A DNA stretch of 62,013 bases, counting the filler. It is 19 parts of 19 records of this genome, joined end to end, with 100 filler letters (N's around TTAATTAATTAA, not from the genome) between each part and the next. Parts side by side here need not be neighbours in the genome. Positions count along the whole stretch, not along the records: positions 25,504 to 30,607 come from SRR11831586_1463; positions 30,708 to 33,778 come from SRR11831586_1473; positions 33,879 to 37,849 come from SRR11831586_1482; positions 37,950 to 41,712 come from SRR11831586_1483; 15 more parts are not named here. One strand, written 5' to 3'. Below, piece by piece: positions 25,504 through 38,433 of the stretch; positions within the stretch are counted from its first letter, which is position 1, and each line of letters begins with the position of its first letter. The translations under genes and the position numbers were made by a program. Below the pieces are notes generated by a model. It made no database searches, had not been told where the DNA came from, and saw only the letters and a program-made list of their open reading frames with translations.

Positions 25504-25529
25504 AAACCACGAGTTTCTTGTCCTTTCAT
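25504..25529 (-). CDS. htpG: Hsp90 HtpG, first codons only
   Basis: MKGQETRG, downstream of recR as in E. coli. Confidence 0.85.
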
Positions 25530-25580
25530 GTAGGTCTACCTCAATAATGCCATTTTAAGGTTAAAAACAGGATGTGGGAG

Positions 25581-25609
25581 AGATGGGGACAAGGGAGAAT
25601 AATTTCAAG
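25581..25609 (-). promoter_or_regulatory. sigma32 heat-shock promoter of htpG
   Basis: CTTGAAA-N14-CCCCATCT on the minus strand. Confidence 0.8.
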
Positions 25610-25638
25610 CGAGAGCAGGTGATCCTGCTCTCGTTTGC

Positions 25639-26243
25639 TTAAAAACGAATCTTATGACGCCCGGCAAGGGAGTGTGACAACGTGGTGCCGTCGACCATTT
25701 CCAGCTCGCCGCCAACCGGAACGCCATGAGCGATTCGGCTGGCTTCCACGTCATATTGCGCGCAAAGCTCGGCAATGTAGTTAGCGGTAGCTTCACCTTC
25801 AACCGTGGGGTTGGTGGCGAGGATCACTTCAGTGATTTTTTCCTCTGCCAGACGCTGTTCCAGACGATCAAGCCCGATATCATCCGGACCGATGCCGTCC
25901 AGCGGTGACAGATGCCCCATCAACACAAAATAACGACCTGAAAACTGCCCCGTCTGCTCAATGGCGTAGATGTCCGCCGGACTCTCCACCACGCAGATTT
26001 GACCGTTTTCCTGACGACGCGGATTCGAACAGATGTTACAGACTTCCTGTTCGGTGAAAGTGCGGCAATCGGCGCAGTGGCCGATTTCCGACATCGCCCG
26101 GGTGAGCGCCTGCGCCAGACGCATCCCGCCGCTACGATCGCGCTGAAGCAGCGTGAACGCCATACGCTGCGCCGACTTCGGGCCAACGCCCGGCAGACAG
26201 CGCAGTGCTTCCATAAGCTGTGTTAACAGCGGGCTGGTTTGCA

Positions 26244-26244
<1 letters not shown>
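25639..26244 (-). CDS. recR: Recombination protein RecR
   Basis: 201 aa with HhH (LPGVGPKSA), C4 zinc finger and Toprim. Confidence 0.97.
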
Positions 26245-26588
<344 letters not shown>

Positions 26589-26625
26589 TCACGTTAAGGA
26601 TGACGAACGTAAGCTGTGCTTACGA

Positions 26626-28557
26626 TCAAATGGGGCGGATACTTTCTTCATCCAGCTCCGCATCGAAGAACCGACGCAGGGTCTGAATATTATTATCCGC
26701 AATAATGGACTCGCGCGCCTGCGCAAGTTTTTCTTCGTATATCGCCTGACGCCACTCCAGCGGCGTACGCACCGCGGGATTATCATCTTCAACGATAGTC
26801 AGTTCAACCGTTGAACCTTTTAACATGCTCAACGCTTCAGCCAGTTTTTGCTGTGCACCGCGGTTGTTCAAATGCCGCTGAGAGGAGCGCAAATGCAGAC
26901 ATACTGCGTTGTCGCTCTCCTCTTTCCAGGCATTTAACGCCACCTGTTCGACCAGTTTTGGTAGCGAAAGTTGGCTCACCTGTGCCGCCCACGGGTCGCG
27001 CTCAATGGCTTCTGCCGCTAGCTTCGCCGCCAGTTCCGGCGTTTTTTCATGTTCCAGCGCTTTTTTCAGCGCCTTCGGCGTGGCGACCACTTCTTTTTGC
27101 TGCATCACCGGAGTGGTCGCCTTCCAGCGATACGCTTCTTTTTTGGCTGGCGCTTTTTCCAGCGCCGATGGCACCGGACGCGCCTGAACGCGATCGGTGA
27201 CCGAAGCCAGTCTTTCCAGCGCAGCGTTATTCACCGGCCGCGCGCGGGTAGCGGCTGCCGGTTCACTCTTTTTTGCTTTGGTTGCTCCCTGCACGCGCTG
27301 CAACTGCTGGCGCGCCGCCAGCACCTGGCTGGTGGTTTCCGGGAGCGGTACAGTCGGTGCCTGCTGCGGCGCTGATTGCGGTTGCGGCGGCACCTGGGTT
27401 GGCGTCATTACTGCCGTTGGCGCGACGGGTGCAAAGGACTGTCGTGGCACTTCTGGCTCAGGCAGCGGCATACGCGGATGGAATGCCAGCGCGCGCAGCA
27501 GCGTCATCTCAACGCCCATGCGACGGTCCGGCGCATACGGTAATTCTTTGCGACCAATCAACAGCGTCTGATAGTAAAGCTGAATATCCGTCGGCGGTAT
27601 GGTGCGCGCCAGTTCACGCATCCGCAGCTCGATGGCGGCCATGTCGTTGCCAAGTGCAGCAGGCGAAAGTTGTACCATCGCAATACGATGCAACAGGCCG
27701 AGCATTTCCACCAGCAACGCTTCCCACTCGATACCACGGGCAGCGGCTTCATTAATCAGCGCCATTACGCGCTCGCCGTTGGCCTCGACCATCGCTTCAA
27801 CCAGCGACAGCGCCTGATCGTCGTCAAGCGTACCCAGCATCGCACTGACCGCCTGGGTTGAAACCTGGCCGTCACCGCTGGCAATCGCCTGGTCGGTCAG
27901 ACTTAAGGCATCTCGCAGGCTGCCTTCAGCGGCGCGTGCCAGCAATTGCAGCGCCCGCGGCTCGTGAGCGATATGTTCTTCGTTGAGGATGTGCTCAAGC
28001 TGATGGCGAATTTGCTCGACATCCAGCGCCTTGAGATGAAATTGCAGACAGCGTGACAAAATCGTCACCGGCAATTTCTGTGGATCGGTCGTCGCCAGCA
28101 GAAACTTAACGTGCTCCGGCGGCTCTTCAAGGGTTTTTAACAGTGCGTTAAAGCTGTGGCGCGACAGCATATGCACTTCGTCGATCAGATAAACTTTGAA
28201 ACGACCACGCGCCGGAGCGTACTGGACGTTATCCAGCAGGTCGCGGGTATCTTCAACTTTGGTGCGCGAGGCGGCGTCGATTTCAATCAGATCGACAAAG
28301 CGCCCCTGCTCGATTTCACGACAGTTATCGCACACGCCGCACGGCGTCGCGGTAATGCCGGTTTCGCAGTTTAGCCCCTTCGCCAGCAGTCGGGCGATAG
28401 AGGTTTTTCCGACGCCACGGGTGCCGGAAAAAAGATAAGCATGATGAATACGCCCTAACGACAAGCCGTTCGCCAGTGCGGTCAGCACATGTTCCTGGCC
28501 GACGACGTCAGCAAAGGTTTGTGGGCGCCATTTTCGGGCTAAGACCTGATAACTCAT
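26626..28557 (-). CDS. dnaX: DNA polymerase III subunits tau/gamma
   Basis: 643 aa with LARKWRP, GTRGVGKT, DEVH and SRC motifs. Confidence 0.98.
   Translation of the reverse strand: MSYQVLARKWRPQTFADVVGQEHVLTALANGLSLGRIHHAYLFSGTRGVGKTSIARLLAKGLNCETGITATPCGVCDNCREIEQGRFVDLIEIDAASRTKVEDTRDLLDNVQYAPARGRFKVYLIDEVHMLSRHSFNALLKTLEEPPEHVKFLLATTDPQKLPVTILSRCLQFHLKALDVEQIRHQLEHILNEEHIAHEPRALQLLARAAEGSLRDALSLTDQAIASGDGQVSTQAVSAMLGTLDDDQALSLVEAMVEANGERVMALINEAAARGIEWEALLVEMLGLLHRIAMVQLSPAALGNDMAAIELRMRELARTIPPTDIQLYYQTLLIGRKELPYAPDRRMGVEMTLLRALAFHPRMPLPEPEVPRQSFAPVAPTAVMTPTQVPPQPQSAPQQAPTVPLPETTSQVLAARQQLQRVQGATKAKKSEPAAATRARPVNNAALERLASVTDRVQARPVPSALEKAPAKKEAYRWKATTPVMQQKEVVATPKALKKALEHEKTPELAAKLAAEAIERDPWAAQVSQLSLPKLVEQVALNAWKEESDNAVCLHLRSSQRHLNNRGAQQKLAEALSMLKGSTVELTIVEDDNPAVRTPLEWRQAIYEEKLAQARESIIADNNIQTLRRFFDAELDEESIRPI
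27235..27290 (-). promoter_or_regulatory. dnaX programmed -1 frameshift signal
   Basis: Internal SD AGGGAG (27285-27290), slippery A AAA AAG (27268-27274), -1 frame UGA and a downstream GC stem-loop. Confidence 0.93.
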
Positions 28558-28685
28558 TGGCAGGCTCTGAAACGCTGGAAGGTGGATTCACGAAGGGGTA
28601 ATGCTAACACAGCCCCGTCAGAACGGCGAGGCTGAATGCACATCTTGTGCTGTCCGTAGCGTGGGCAGCACAAGACTGGCGATAA

Positions 28686-29237
28686 TTAATGGCCCGGGAA
28701 CGGGACAAGGCTGTAGCTGGTAATGCCCTGTTTTTCGAGACGCTGTTCGCCGCCGAGATCGAACAGGTTGATAATGAACGCAGCGTCAGCCACTTCACCA
28801 CCCAGACGACGGATCAGTTTAACGGTCGCTTCGATAGTGCCGCCGGTTGCCAGCAGGTCGTCCACCACCAGAACTTTGTCGCCCGGTTTGATGGCATCAA
28901 CGTGGATCTCCAGCTGATCGGTGCCGTATTCCAGGTCGTAAGTTTCACTGATGGTTTCACGCGGCAGTTTGCCCGGTTTACGGACCGGTACAAAGCCAAC
29001 GCCCAGACCCAGAGCTACCGGAGCGCCAAACAAGAAGCCACGCGCTTCGGTGCCGACAACTTTGGTAATGCCCGCATTTTTGTAACGCTCAACCAGCAAG
29101 TCGATGCTGAGAGCGTAAGCTTTCGGGTCTTCCAGTAAGCTGGTGACATCGCGGAAAAGAATGCCGGGTTTTGGGTAGTCCTGAATGCTTTTGATGCTAT
29201 TTTTGAGATACTCAAGCTGCTGTGCAGTCGCGGTCAT
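28686..29237 (-). CDS. apt: Adenine phosphoribosyltransferase
   Basis: 183 aa from MTATAQQ, with PRPP motif [11 protein letters not shown]. Confidence 0.97.
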
Positions 29238-29389
29238 AAGTGTATGCCTGCTTGTTACGGTGGTACTCACGGCGCGTTTTAAACGTATCAAAAGTAACAG
29301 TTGTTTAACCTTTGACCGCCTGCGCCTGTGCTCGAAAACGCCAGAATGTACTGGCTGTACGCAATAATTGCAACTGCGATTGTTGTGCT

Positions 29390-29767
29390 TCAGTGCTTTT
29401 CTTGCTTTTCATCAATCACCGGAATTCGCCACATATAGAAAAGCAAACAGGCGAGAATTACCAGCAACATGATGCGCACCCATGGCATCTGGACGAACCA
29501 CAGAGAAATGGCAAACGTGAGCAAAATAAGCAAAATCGCCCGCGGTTTGACGCCGCGCGGCATCGCATGATGTTTCTGCCAGAAACGTAGATAGCTGCCA
29601 AACCATGAGCGGTACAGCAACCAGGCGTGAAAGCGCGGGGAAGAACGGGCAAAGCACCAGGCCGCCAGCAGGATAAACGGCGTCGTCGGTAATACCGGTA
29701 ATACCACGCCCAGCGTACCCAGCACTACCGCCAGCCAGCCAATGATGATTAAAATGATTCGTTGCAT
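29390..29767 (-). CDS. ybaN: Inner membrane protein YbaN (DUF454)
   Basis: [13 protein letters not shown] motif and synteny. Confidence 0.93.
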
Positions 29768-29836
29768 ATTGAGTGTTGTCAGCTTACAGAGTGGCTACTT
29801 TAGCATAACAATTATCATTTTCATTGAGGTCTTATC

Positions 29837-30364
29837 GTGAAAACCGCCCTGCTGCTGGAAAAACTGGAAGGACAGCTCGCTACGCTGCGTCAGCGTTGTG
29901 CCCCGGTGTCACAGTTCGCCACGCTAAGTGCTCGTTTCGACAGGCATCTTTTTCAGACTCGTGCGACAACACTACAGGCTTGTCTCGACGAGGCGGGCGA
30001 TAATCTGGCTGCGCTTCGTCATGCAGTTGAGCAGCAACAGCTGCCGCAAGTGGCCTGGCTGGCGGAACATCTGGCGGCACAACTGGAAGCCATCGCGCGT
30101 GAAGCCTCCGCCTGGTCATTGCGCGAGTGGGACAGTGCACCACCGAAAATTGCCCGCTGGCAGCGTAAACGTATTCAGCATCAGGATTTTGAGCGGCGGC
30201 TACGTGAGATGGTTGCCGAACGCAGAGCCCGTCTGGCGCGGGTGACCGATCTCGTGGAACAGCAAACGCTGCATCGTGAAGTGGAAGCCTATGAAGCGCG
30301 CCTGGCACGCTGCCGCCATGCGCTGGAAAAAATCGAAAACAGGTTAGCGCGTTTAACCCGCTAG
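29837..30364 (+). CDS. priC: Primosomal replication protein PriC
   Basis: 175 aa, GTG start, RFDRHLFQT motif, synteny. Confidence 0.94.
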
Positions 30365-30377
30365 CAATGGAGAGAAT

Positions 30378-30539
30378 ATGTCACTGGAAAATGCCCCTGA
30401 CGATGTCAAACTGGCTGTCGATTTGATTGTGCTGCTGGAGGAAAATCAGATCCCTGCCAGTACCGTGCTGCGCGCGCTGGATATTGTAAAGCGTGATTAT
30501 GAAAAGAAATTAACGCGCGATGATGAGGCGGAAAAGTGA
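30378..30539 (+). CDS. ybaM: Small protein YbaM (DUF2496)
   Basis: 53 aa [17 protein letters not shown], directly after priC. Confidence 0.9.
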
Positions 30540-30744
30540 GAAATAAATGGGGTCGCTAAATGTCCCCTAAGGTTGCGGGCAAACGCAAAACTGCCTGATG
30601 CGCTACGNNNNNNNNNNNNNNNNNNNNNNNNNNNNNNNNNNNNNNNNNNNNTTAATTAATTAANNNNNNNNNNNNNNNNNNNNNNNNNNNNNNNNNNNNN
30701 NNNNNNNACACACACACACACTCTCTCTCTCTCTACTAAAACAT

Positions 30745-33710
30745 GACCCAGCGTACTGTGTGCGTCACTCGCAAGAAGAACGGTGGCTACGTCAGCATGG
30801 CCCTGGATCGCAGCCAAATGCAACGCAGAGAGACCTACAAAGACACAGACACAAACACGCACGCGCACATACACACACGCCCGCACACAGACACGCACAC
30901 AAATAGATAGATAAATGAATAGGCGCTAACGCATACACAAAAGAAAGTGCGTACACGAACTTGAGGCGCTTAACATAACTCGCATACAAAACTAGCGAAA
31001 TTCAACGCAAAAATATGAACCACATTACATAATACACCGTGAAGAGCCTCCCACACATCACACGCACACGATGCGCATCACCACCATCACTGCGTCCTCC
31101 GTACCAGCACCGTCACGAGTCAAAAAGTTGACCCTATGCCGAACCAGCACCCGAACAATCTCTGCGTGACCAGCAGCAGCGGCCATATGCAACACAGAGG
31201 CAGGCGCTGTGCAAGAAGTGTTCATAGTAGACCCCATGCGAGACAGGTCAGCATGACGTGTGCACAGCGTGGCTACGGATCGAACCAGGTTGTTTCTACA
31301 ACGAAATACATACGCGATGCAGAACAAGTGTGCGTGTTAGAATCTGACAGGCTTACCTTTTCCGCATGCATGCTACACAAACACGCAAGCAGAACCAACA
31401 ACAATCGCAGAAGAAAACACGCACACACAGAGAGAGAGAGAGAGAGAGCAAACATCGGCTCACACACACAAGTTCCATACATTGAACGACCACAAGAGCA
31501 AAGCTGATATGCGCTCCTGGAAATAAACAACAACAGTTAACAACACGTACGATACAGCCACACGCAGCGGCTCCACTCCTTCGTTGTCACAGATCTCTAG
31601 ATCCGTGCCCACTTTGTTGGCGAGCAGTATCGCAATGTTCTCATGCTTCTACACGCATAACACACACACACACGAACACACACACAAGTACACACGCACA
31701 TGCAATAAGTGTGTGCTACATTCCAACGCAGAAGTACGCCACGAGCAAGAGAGTAGTGGAACTCCTCGGATTCAATGCGCCTGACCAAAAGCCCCCGAGG
31801 AGAAAATAGTAAACGCCAAAAACGCACAAACACACAACTGTACCCGCACAATCCCTCTCTCTGTCTCTCTCTGTGTGTGTGCATGTACGTGTCACTCGAG
31901 TAAATCACAAAGAAAGACACCCAACACACAAACACGCATACACACTGACAGAGAAAAAACGCGTACATTGTATAGGGCACAATGAAGGGCCGTGCGACCG
32001 TGTGCACCGCGCTCGTTCAAATTGGCGCGAAAACAGATCAGCGTCCGAACGACCTCGATACGACCATCCCTACACATGTACAACACGCACACACACATGA
32101 ACGCACACACATACACATACAAACGGTACACACGTACAAACCAATCAGATACACAATGGGACAACATAAAAACAGGCGCACCTGATACTCACTCACTCCA
32201 GACACGTACACACTTACTCTCTCTCTCTCAATTACTCAATTACTCATTCACTCAGTTCCGCACACACACACACGCCCATACCGTGCAGCCTGATACAGCG
32301 GACTCCCCTTAAACGCCTCCGAAATCTCCTCAGCCGTTGCAAAACCATCCACCGGTGCCCCACTATCACAGAGCAGTTCGCACATGGCTGCGTGACCAGC
32401 CGCTGCGGCTGCATGTAACGGTGTGTGTCCGTGTTTGTTGACAGACACGAAGACAGAACCGGCACGCACGAGAGACTGCCGACAAAGAGATACATCAATA
32501 CACACAGACAGAGAGGGAGAGGGGGTGAGTAAGTTCGTGCATGTGAATGTTTTGAGGACGTGTATTGTCTGTGTTTTGCAAATAGAGGTTATACAAGAGA
32601 ACTTCAAAGAGTGAACTAACGAGCGGTCAGTCACATATGGGACGGACCAAGGTGCTCAGAATTAAAGGTGAACATGATACGCGTGACTGTCAGACATTTC
32701 TAACGCGCCCAAAGAACGCCCCGAATGCAAACGGTAACAAACAATCACACATACAACCATCACAAACCAATGCACGCACTCCCAACACTCACTCACATCG
32801 ATACAAGACACACGCACTCACACACACAGACACACACTCACACACCTGCACAATCAGTGTGTTACCGCCCTGCGCCGCATAATGTAGAGGGATGGACCCG
32901 TCCGCATCCGAGGCGTTGACTTGTGCACGCTCAGCCAACAACATATCCACAATGGTATCATGCCCGTACTGCAACACACACACGTGCACACACACACACA
33001 CCCACACACATACACAGATATACACGCACATATATACATACATACATACACAAGCGGTAAGAATGCGCGCGTTAAGCACACAGAGACAGAATGGAAAGAA
33101 AACAAACCAAATATACCTGGCAAGCGAGATGCAATGAGGTACAGCCGCGCTTATCCGCACAATCAGGACTCGCGTTGGCCTTCAACAGCATTCTTGCAAT
33201 GGCAACATGTCCCAGAACGCACGCATAATGCAGCGCAGTTTGACCCTATGATCGAGCGCACCCCAAATGAGCCCACGTAAAACAAGGGCGCAGAACACTC
33301 TGACAGGAAGCATGCGAACAACACTCCATCCGAAAAGGCGCGAGAGAAAGACCGGTAACATATCACGAAAGGAACATCCGACACGACGCACATACACGCA
33401 CATACACACACAATCCCAAATGCACCGATGCACATACACACACACGCACCTCGCACTCACAACATGCACAACAGTTCACTCACCGTACGAAGGCGCGACG
33501 ACATCCCACGTATATTTACAACACACAGTCATTCTCTCATGAGGTTGGTGCGTACCGCGTGATCCGCGTCGGCCACACCCACGCCCTTGCACGATAACAG
33601 CTCCTGTACAGCATCTGTATGCATTTGCTGCACCGCGGCGTGTAACGGAGTTCGCCCGTGGGCGTTTTCGCGAGCACCAAGATCAGCGCCCCGAACACCA
33701 GCAAGCAACC
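30745..33710 (-). CDS. Multi-ankyrin-repeat protein, internal exons
   Basis: Exons read GRTPLHAA, GQTALHYAC..GH, GCTSLHLACQYGH, GSIPLHYAAQGG, GHTPLHAAAAAGH, GRTALHCA and GLSALHLAAIQGH, separated by TG-rich introns. Confidence 0.9.
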
Positions 33711-33878
33711 TTCACACGCAAAAGTACACATACACACACAGCACGTTACACATAGTCTTACAGGCAGAACACGCAACCNNNNNNNNNNNNNNNNNNNNNN
33801 NNNNNNNNNNNNNNNNNNNNNNTTAATTAATTAANNNNNNNNNNNNNNNNNNNNNNNNNNNNNNNNNNNNNNNNNNNN

Positions 33879-34279
33879 TCGTATCCGGCACCATCCACCA
33901 ACCCGGTGCCTGTGATGTTGAAAGAATGGCAATCAAAGAAGGAGAAGAGATGCTCGTGCTGTCCCTGTGCGCTCACGGGCCAAGCAGTAATATTGCTACT
34001 GGCAATGACCACACCGTCAATGCGAAGAGTGACACTGAAGAGACCGCTCCACGCGACCGGAAATAGATGATAAGTTTTACCAGACGGAACAACAGCCTCT
34101 CGGTCATCACTCACGTTGGCGACGTTGAGCGCCTTCGTGAATGCGACGCTATTGGTAAACGCAGCAGCATCAGAAGGATCGTTTGCAATAGCACCAAAGT
34201 CGTCCACCGACAAGCACGTCGCTGAAGCGAGCAGCGCAGCCACGCTGGCCAACAGTAAAGCATTAACCCAATGCGTCAT
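33879..34279 (-). CDS. Secreted GH28 polygalacturonase-like glycosidase, 5' part
   Basis: Signal peptide, then SVDDFGA, AFTKAL, VVPSGKTY, LRIDG and ITGTGLVDGAGY. Catalytic motifs lie beyond the contig end. Confidence 0.78.
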
Positions 34280-34536
34280 GATGAAAGTTCTTCAAGTTTT
34301 GCGGCAGAAGCGAATTCACGTATCTACAGCCGCGTTGTAGGTATACGTGATGAGTTGCGAAAGAGAAACCGTGTTTGTTCATGTTTGCGGTACGTTCATG
34401 AAGCCGAGCAGCCGAAGTCCTGGCTGCTGGCAGACCGATCGAGACACCGGAAGCTGAAACTTTCCAACCGATTCGGGCGTGTAGGTGATCGTGAGCGAAA
34501 CAGGACAGTGAAAATCTTAGTGTTGGATTGGAGACC

Positions 34537-37500
34537 ATGGATCGTGGTCCTACCATTCGTGACTGGCCGCGTCGTGCCGATGAGCCCGCGACCAAACTTG
34601 TACAATGGCTACCGCCATCTTATCGCGATTTAGTGCCGAAAGAAGGAGCAACAAACCTTGAAAACATCAAACGTGGACTGGCTCTTGCGTTTGCAGCTTC
34701 GGATGTAGAGAGTCGGGGTGCATACTGGGCAAAGCAGTTGTCACGGTGTGTTGCGTTAGGTCGAACAGCCTGCGTTCCTGTGATGCCCGTATATGGCTGA
34801 CACATCCGGGTGCATCTTGCACTCTTTCTGTCACAGTCACATTCAGCTCAAGTATCAGATTGACGATGAAGATCGAGTTTTGCTGGCACGCACCTTGATG
34901 GGGCTCGTTATTGTTCCGGAAGTGGATATCTCCAAGGTCAATAAGATCGCGTCTGTTCTTACTCATCTACTGCGGTGCGTACCCCTCTCGTACACACCTC
35001 TTTGCTAATTGGCTCTCCCCCGTACAGGAAAGCGGACAATTCGCTCAAAATGACATTCGAGTGGCGGCCTCTCTTTGAAATGATTCGAAGCACGACGTTC
35101 AAGAAGGCCCGCTCCCCGGTGTACAGCAAGGTGTGCATCTTCTCCGTGTTGTGTCATCGGACTGCGAACCGATCGTTCTGCGTATGCTGCGATGTATGCG
35201 GGGGTTCGTGTGTGGTGGTTGTTCTTGTGTGTTGTTTGATGTCATCGTTGTATGCTTTGGGCCGTCCTGCCCCGCGTTCGCTCCGGCGGATGCCTCTGTG
35301 TTGTGATGTCGTATCCTCTGTGCGTCACTGCGTCATTGTAATATCGGTTTGTATCGGCGTATCCATGTTCGTAAGAGTGCGCGCGTGTGTGTGTGTACGC
35401 TTTCATAACTGTGTGCAATTAGGAAATGCCGTCTGCGCTGCCGGCCTTGGTTGCGGAGGCACGGAGGTTCTTCAGTGACGGCGCACCGGAGGAGATTATC
35501 ACAGAGGTGTGTGAGTGTAAGTGTGTGAGTGTATGTTTCTCTCTCTCTGCGTGTGCGTGTGTTATTGGGTTTTAGTGTGCCGTATCGTTCGCCCTGGTAG
35601 AGATGCGCCTTCATTTTCATGTGTGTGCCACTTAGTTCGAGGTTTCTTGCGTGTATCGTCTGCTCCGTTCCTCCTAACTCGTGAGCCGTTCACGTGGCTT
35701 TCTCTGTCTCTTTCTCTCACACCACCAATTTCCGTGTGCCTTCCCTGCTAATAACAACCGTGTCACAGGTATCTCCCCTTATCTGCCCCCACGACCGCGC
35801 CCTCTACGAAGCGGCCGGCTATCTGACTCTGTTTCTGCCCACGAATCGACGCCTGCCGACGTGGCTGGGTATGTGTGTACATGCGTGTGTTTGTGTGTGT
35901 GTGTTGTTTGTGTGTGTGTTTATGCGTGTTTCTGTGCGGGTGCGTGCATTGTGTCTTACACGTCCCGTCCGCTGTGATTGATCGCTCACGTGATGTGCAT
36001 TTACACCAGGTCAAATGATGCATGTGTGGGGATGGGTTGTGAACAACCCTGACTGGGACAACATGTGGTTGTCGCTCTTTGCGCGCTTGGCACGCGATCA
36101 GTTTGGACAGGTTGACTGGACACCCTATCTAGACACCATGTTCACACGCTTGGTGCGATCGATCGGTGTGCCTGTGGGTCAGGGCACTCAGAGGTATGTT
36201 TCGGGGCGTGAGTAGGGAGTTCGGGGAATGCATGGGCATGGATATGTGCGCAACCGTATGCGTATTTATGAGAGTCGAATCTCCTGTTGCTTTCCATTTC
36301 CAGTGTGTGGTTCGTTATTATGTGTGTATGTGCGCTCGATAATTTGTGTGTATGCATGTATGTTGATGCGTGTGTGCAGATCATCGCGCCAGGATAAGGT
36401 CCCCTCTGCGTGTACCATCTTTATCTCGCCCAGCAGCAGTCCGCAGGCATCCATGGCCCGCATCATCGTTTATTCCCTTGGCGGCAACTCCCCAACGATG
36501 GGCTTGCTGACTCGGGTGATGTCCACTCTGGAGGAGTACGTGCCGTGTGTGTGTGGTGCTGTGTGTGGTGCTGTGTGTATCTGTTTGTCGATTGTTGCGG
36601 GTTCGGATACTCTATTCGTATCATTCACAATCGAACACCATCCACCCTCATCAGTTATACCCCGCGCAACAACAGCCCACACGCGCTCCCCTCTTATGCT
36701 GCTTGCTTTCCGCTGTGTAGTTACTACCATCCCTCAAACGGCGGCGATTGGTCCGGCCGCCTGGCTCAGCTGCTGATCTCACTGTGCGAGTGCTTCACGG
36801 ACCGCATCACGGAAGGTACCCCCGGCATGATATGTGGTGTGCTATTTGTTGGGTGTTGTTTCGTTCGGGTCTTCGTGGGTGGTTCCCAGTGCAAAAACAT
36901 ACCTCGTGCTTTGGTCATCGCACTTCGTCCTGTGTACACACGATTACAGTCTTCCCGCGTCACCGCCTATCATCACATACATATACTCACTCCCCGCCCC
37001 TCCTCCCTTGCTCACAGAACGCGCCTCCACCAGCACCACCCCTGCGGAGCTGCGTCTGACCGCTGCGGACACGGACACGCTGGTGACCACGGTGCTCCCA
37101 ATCATTATGAAGTCCCTCTACAGCAAGAGCCCCCGCCTGTCCATCAGCGCGCAGCAGTCCGTGCGAATGATCGCGTGTATGTGTTTATATATGAGTGTGT
37201 GTATGTGTATCGCGTGTATGTGTTTTTTATCTCTCTATATATGTGTGTATGTGCGTGTGTCTATGTTTGGACGTGTGTGTCGGTGGGATGCTGTCCCACT
37301 TACATATGGGAGCGTCTTATAGTTGTTTTTGTACATATGTGTTAGTGTAGCGTGAATTATACCCCAAGCTTGCGCGAATGTGTGTGTTGTGACATGTCTG
37401 ATCTGGATCTGGATCTGATGGGGTGTATGGGTGTAGGGCTGCGTCCGGAGGCCGTGTTCAAGCTGCTGCTTCCGAGTGTGTCGTTTGCGTTGGAGACTCT

Positions 37501-37795
37501 CAACGAAGCGCACCAGACAGGCAGCGCTCTGGACGCCCTGGCTGCATGTGCGGCCCCGCTGTTAAACAGGTACCATGTGTGTGTTGTTGTTCTGTGTGTT
37601 TGGTGCATCCCGTCTTCTTTCGTTTCTCCATACTCCACCCCAACTCTGCTCTTACACACTTCTTCTCTTTACACACAACAGACAGCACTACCCCGAGGGT
37701 GCGGTGAGCCTGCTCCCTCTGCTGGACATGGCCCTGCCGGGTATCGACGGCAACGACCCTGCTAAGACTCAGGCCACGCTGCGCTTCTATCTCGG
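34537..37795 (+). CDS. PSME4: Proteasome activator PA200/Blm10, 5' exons
   Basis: WLPP.Y, YWAKQL..HIQLKY, FEWRPLF, RRFF...A.EEI, YLTLFLPT, LFARLARDQFGQVDWTPY, YYHPSNGGDW, LPGIDGND..KT. Confidence 0.92.
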
Positions 37796-37949
37796 TATGT
37801 GGTGCTGGTATTGTGAGACTTGTGTGTGATGGGAGCAGTGGTGCATGGGNNNNNNNNNNNNNNNNNNNNNNNNNNNNNNNNNNNNNNNNNNNNTTAATTA
37901 ATTAANNNNNNNNNNNNNNNNNNNNNNNNNNNNNNNNNNNNNNNNNNNN

Positions 37950-38382
37950 TGCCGGGATCCGAACAGTAACACTACTGCAGCCTGCTCTTGAAGCACTGAA
38001 GGAGCAATACAAACTGACCGGGCATCATCGCAAAAGCGAAATCACCTTTTATCATCGGGAGTACGGCAGAACCGAAAAGCAAAAACTGCATTTTGTTTTC
38101 ATGCCCAGGGTGTGTAACGGAAAACAAAAACCTTATTACTCGGTAAGCAGTTTGGGGGCAAGGTGGAATGCAGCAGTAAAACGTGCTGGTATTCGCCGCC
38201 GTAATCCGTACCATACGCGGCATACTTTTGCCTGCTGGCTGTTGACGGCAGGAGCGAACCCGGCATTTATAGCCAGCCAAATGGGGCATGAAACTGCGCA
38301 GATGGTGTATGAAATTTACGGTATGTGGATTGATGACATGAACGACGAACAGATAGCCATGTTGAATGCGCGGTTATCGTAG
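37950..38382 (+). mobile_element. intR: Rac prophage tyrosine integrase, 3' end
   Basis: YHTRHTFA, QMGH and EIYG motifs, immediately upstream of ttcA as in K-12. Confidence 0.9.
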
Positions 38383-38433
38383 TTGCAAAGTTTGCCCCCA
38401 ATTTGCCCCATTTAGTACCAGAGAACTGAAATA

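Noticed and set aside
30708..33778. Numerous HTHT/CVCV-rich ORFs here and in other eukaryotic contigs
   Set aside because: They are translations of intronic (CA)n/(TG)n tracts.
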